From Nostoc sp. (lineage in GTDB: Bacteria; Cyanobacteriota; Cyanobacteriia; Cyanobacteriales; Nostocaceae): 64,000 bases of DNA. This document shows, in pieces, positions 61,123 through 64,000 of this stretch (position 1 is the first letter of the stretch; each line of letters starts with the position of its first letter). A model generated the notes under the pieces. The model did not search any database, was not told where the DNA came from, and saw only the letters and a list, made by a program, of their open reading frames with translations. The position numbers and the translations under genes are program-made. The DNA is taken from the NCBI GenBank assembly GCA_036918135.1, contig JBALDB010000003.1, forward strand, positions 52,337 through 116,336, in the 5' to 3' direction.

Positions 61123-64000
61123 ATGCTGCCGGAACAACAACAGCGGATTTTAGGTTACTTTATTGAAGAAGCCAGAGACCATCTAAATACTATAGAGCAA
61201 GGGTTGCTGAATCTAGAGAGTACCCTCAACGACCCGGAAATGATTAGCGAAGTTTTCCGGGCGGCTCACTCTATCAAAGGAGGAGCGGCAATGCTTGGAT
61301 TGACTAGTATTCAGCATACATCGCACCGTCTGGAAGATTGTTTCAAAGTTCTTAAAGAACATCCGGTTCAGATTGACCAAAAGTTAGAGTCTTTATTTCT
61401 CGGTGTCTCTGATACCCTCAAAGCACTATTAGAGCATTTGAGCGGGCCATTTGGTCTTTCTGAAGAGATAGCTAATACATTGATGTCAGAAACTGAGCCT
61501 GTCTTTCAATGGCTAAATGAGCATTTAGAACAACTTGTACAACAAGGAAACAGTGGAGTAGCCACTTCCTCTGCAACAGAAGTGACAGGTTCTCTAGAGA
61601 ATGTCTCCACACTTACAGAACTTTTTCTACGGCGAGATATTCCTAGTTTGGCAGAAGACGCCCATCAGAAATTTACAGAAAAAGACATTTCTGTAGCACC
61701 CCAGGAAGTGTTATCGTCAGCCAACGCTAAAGAAAATCAAAATTGGAGTGAGTTTCAAGCCCAGGTACTACAAACACTGCGGCAAATGTTGCAACTGTTT
61801 AAGCAAACAACAACATCTTCAACTCGGCAAGACCTCCAGGAATGCTGTTACCAGTTGGTCAAACTTGGGTTAACTTGGAATTTATCCAAGTGGTGCGGTT
61901 TGTGTGAAGCCGCAGCCAGTGCGATCGCCAATCCCCAAAATACTTATCTAACTTTAGCTAAAATCGTCATCACCGAAATCAAGCAAGCTCAAGAATTAGT
62001 TTTGCAAGGTAGGGAAGCGGAAATTGCAATCAGTCAACAACTAAAAGCACTCTTGAACTTTGCAGAAATTGAGTTGTTAGAAATTCCCCTTGATTTAGTT
62101 GACGAACAGTCTCCACCCTCGCCAATTCTTCAAGAAATTGAAGACACGGAACATTTAGCCATCACTAACTTATCTGAGCCAATTGAAGAACCTAAGCTAG
62201 AGGACGGTATTAATGAATACCCGTTGGAGGTACAACAGATATCACCAAACGCTGCACCTGTGAGTAACTTCACTCTCATTCCACATGAGGAAGTGCATCC
62301 AATTAGTAAGAATCTTGACCCCAATGGCCCAGAAGTAGGAATAGCTGAGTTAAATACCTTGGCTGATTTATTTGAAGGCGAGACTCCCGACTTAGATGAA
62401 AATTGGCAACAAGAAGAAACTTTAGATATTACTGGTACTGATGAATTAGGAATTGATTTCAGCAGTGAGACTGAGGATAGCGATAGCGATTTATCAGATT
62501 TACTCTCATTTGATGAAGATACCGACAACGAGCAGCAAACTACAACCACAGCTAATACAGAGGATTTATCTCTATTATTTGGTGATAACTTCCTAGAAAA
62601 GGAAAATTCCGAACCGCAAAATCAACAAATATCTCCTCTGACTAAAGAGTTGAGTGATATCGCTATAGATAATCTAGATTTCGACTCTTTTTCTGCGGAA
62701 ATATATCAAATTTCTGACAGTTCTAGTAACACAGAGCAGCCTTCTTCAGACATTGACCAAAAGAATTACAACCAAAACGATGCGCTTGCAGATTTATTGG
62801 CACTGACACTAGATGATGACGATGAACTCTTAATTATAGGCGAAATAACTGAACCAGAAAATGACGCGTTAGCCAGTGTAGAATTATCTAGTAATCAAGA
62901 AAACAGTCTTGATAACTTATTTTTAGAAACTGAAAATAGAAATTGGGTAGAAGAAATTACCTCTAGTGATTATATAGAATTAACTCAACCAAAAGACTTA
63001 TCTTTAGACAACTTATTTGGTGATGATATAGAAGAAAATTCACTACTAACCACAAGCGATTCCCAACTCGGTGATTTATTTAATATATCTCCATTAACGG
63101 TGTCTGAACTTTCTCAACCAGAAGATGATTTTAGCAACTTCTGGAATCAAGAAACTACAGTACAAGCAGAGAAGGAATTTGATTCTTTAATTGAAGATAA
63201 TCTAAAAGACGTATTAGAAGAAAATTTATTTAGTAAAAGTAATGATGATATTTTTGCTGATATTCAAGAGTCAATAGCTTCTCCTAAAAAGAGTTTTGCT
63301 CTAGAAGATTTTGAATTGAATTTTCCAGAAGAAGAGCAACTAGATATATTATCATCTGAATATGAAGATGATTTATTTGAGGATTTAGCACCGAACAATT
63401 CAACGATTTCTCGTGAAATTAACGATAGCGAAGCGTTAGCAGTTACATTAGAAGAATCAGTTCCATTGTTCGGGCAACGTCCTGTAGGAGAGGAAATTCA
63501 TAACTTATCCCAACAGCCAGAAATTGTAGATTTTATTCCAGAATTTACTAATCAATCCCCAGAGATATCTACTGTTGATTCTTCTCAAACACCTTCCGAT
63601 GTAAAACTTAATTCCTTTGGTTCTTTTGATGAAAATCTACAATTACTGTTTGAGGATGTAGCTATTCATGACTCTACTTACATTCAGGTAGAGATTACAG
63701 ATGATGTGGTAGGCGAACTATCGACTCCAGAAACTTCAGAATTTCTCCAACCACAACCAGATGATTTGTTCGGCTCTTTTGATGAGAATGCAAAACTGCT
63801 GTTTGAGGATGTAGCTATTCATGACTCCACCTACATTCAGGTAGAGATTACAGATAATGTGGTGGGCGAACTATCGACTCCAGAAACTTCAGAATTAGCC
63901 CAAGTACAGCCAGATGATTTGTTCGGCTCTTTTGATGAGAATACACAACTGCTGTTTGAGGATGTAGCTATTTATGACTCCACCTACATTCAGGTAGAGA
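61123..64000 (+). CDS. hmpE: CheA-like kinase, 5' part (Hpt domain plus long acidic linker), runs off the window
   Basis: MLPEQQQRILGYFIEEARDHL...VFRAAHSIKGGAAMLG Hpt motif; absent from the ORF track, consistent with no stop before the edge. Confidence 0.9.
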   Translation, partial: MLPEQQQRILGYFIEEARDHLNTIEQGLLNLESTLNDPEMISEVFRAAHSIKGGAAMLGLTSIQHTSHRLEDCFKVLKEHPVQIDQKLESLFLGVSDTLKALLEHLSGPFGLSEEIANTLMSETEPVFQWLNEHLEQLVQQGNSGVATSSATEVTGSLENVSTLTELFLRRDIPSLAEDAHQKFTEKDISVAPQEVLSSANAKENQNWSEFQAQVLQTLRQMLQLFKQTTTSSTRQDLQECCYQLVKLGLTWNLSKWCGLCEAAASAIANPQNTYLTLAKIVITEIKQAQELVLQGREAEIAISQQLKALLNFAEIELLEIPLDLVDEQSPPSPILQEIEDTEHLAITNLSEPIEEPKLEDGINEYPLEVQQISPNAAPVSNFTLIPHEEVHPISKNLDPNGPEVGIAELNTLADLFEGETPDLDENWQQEETLDITGTDELGIDFSSETEDSDSDLSDLLSFDEDTDNEQQTTTTANTEDLSLLFGDNFLEKENSEPQNQQISPLTKELSDIAIDNLDFDSFSAEIYQISDSSSNTEQPSSDIDQKNYNQNDALADLLALTLDDDDELLIIGEITEPENDALASVELSSNQENSLDNLFLETENRNWVEEITSSDYIELTQPKDLSLDNLFGDDIEENSLLTTSDSQLGDLFNISPLTVSELSQPEDDFSNFWNQETTVQAEKEFDSLIEDNLKDVLEENLFSKSNDDIFADIQESIASPKKSFALEDFELNFPEEEQLDILSSEYEDDLFEDLAPNNSTISREINDSEALAVTLEESVPLFGQRPVGEEIHNLSQQPEIVDFIPEFTNQSPEISTVDSSQTPSDVKLNSFGSFDENLQLLFEDVAIHDSTYIQVEITDDVVGELSTPETSEFLQPQPDDLFGSFDENAKLLFEDVAIHDSTYIQVEITDNVVGELSTPETSELAQVQPDDLFGSFDENTQLLFEDVAIYDSTYIQVE
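63616..64000 (+). repeat. 153-bp (51-aa) tandem repeat inside hmpE, at least 2.5 copies
   Basis: GAGGATGTAGCTATT recurs at 63652, 63805 and 63958. Confidence 0.9.

Noticed and set aside
63616..64000. 153-bp repeats as a non-coding array
   Set aside because: Period is a multiple of three and lies in the open hmpE frame

Overview
Chromosomal window of a heterocyst-forming cyanobacterium (Nostoc-like), judged from abundant HIP1 octamers (GCGATCGC), STRR tandem repeats and the hmp locus. Core genes include a GH63 glycosidase, an AphC-type phytochrome/CBCR kinase, uvrA with a LexA box, tenA, cyAbrB, sdhB, ycf66, psbX, yggT, accC, tRNA-Leu(GAG), chorismate lyase, ccsB, tilS and hmpF-hmpABCDE (hmpE runs off the end). 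Accessory or unusual content: (i) an apparently intact CyRepA1/DUF3854-type plasmid primase-helicase among chromosomal genes, followed by a structured spacer and a NADAR gene; (ii) a lone AT-rich DUF262-HNH (GmrSD-like) nuclease; (iii) an orphan double-glycine-leader peptide gene; (iv) a self-contained module of an OmpR/CusRS-like two-component pair divergent from three exported proteins (His/Gln-rich small protein, Tat-type intradiol dioxygenase-like protein, 39-aa tandem-repeat protein), with a duplicated promoter block carrying an ATTACA-N4-TGTAAT palindrome; (v) a large multiply broken pseudogene; (vi) several MITE/REP families, including one nested insertion. All calls were made by eye from motifs; no searches were run.
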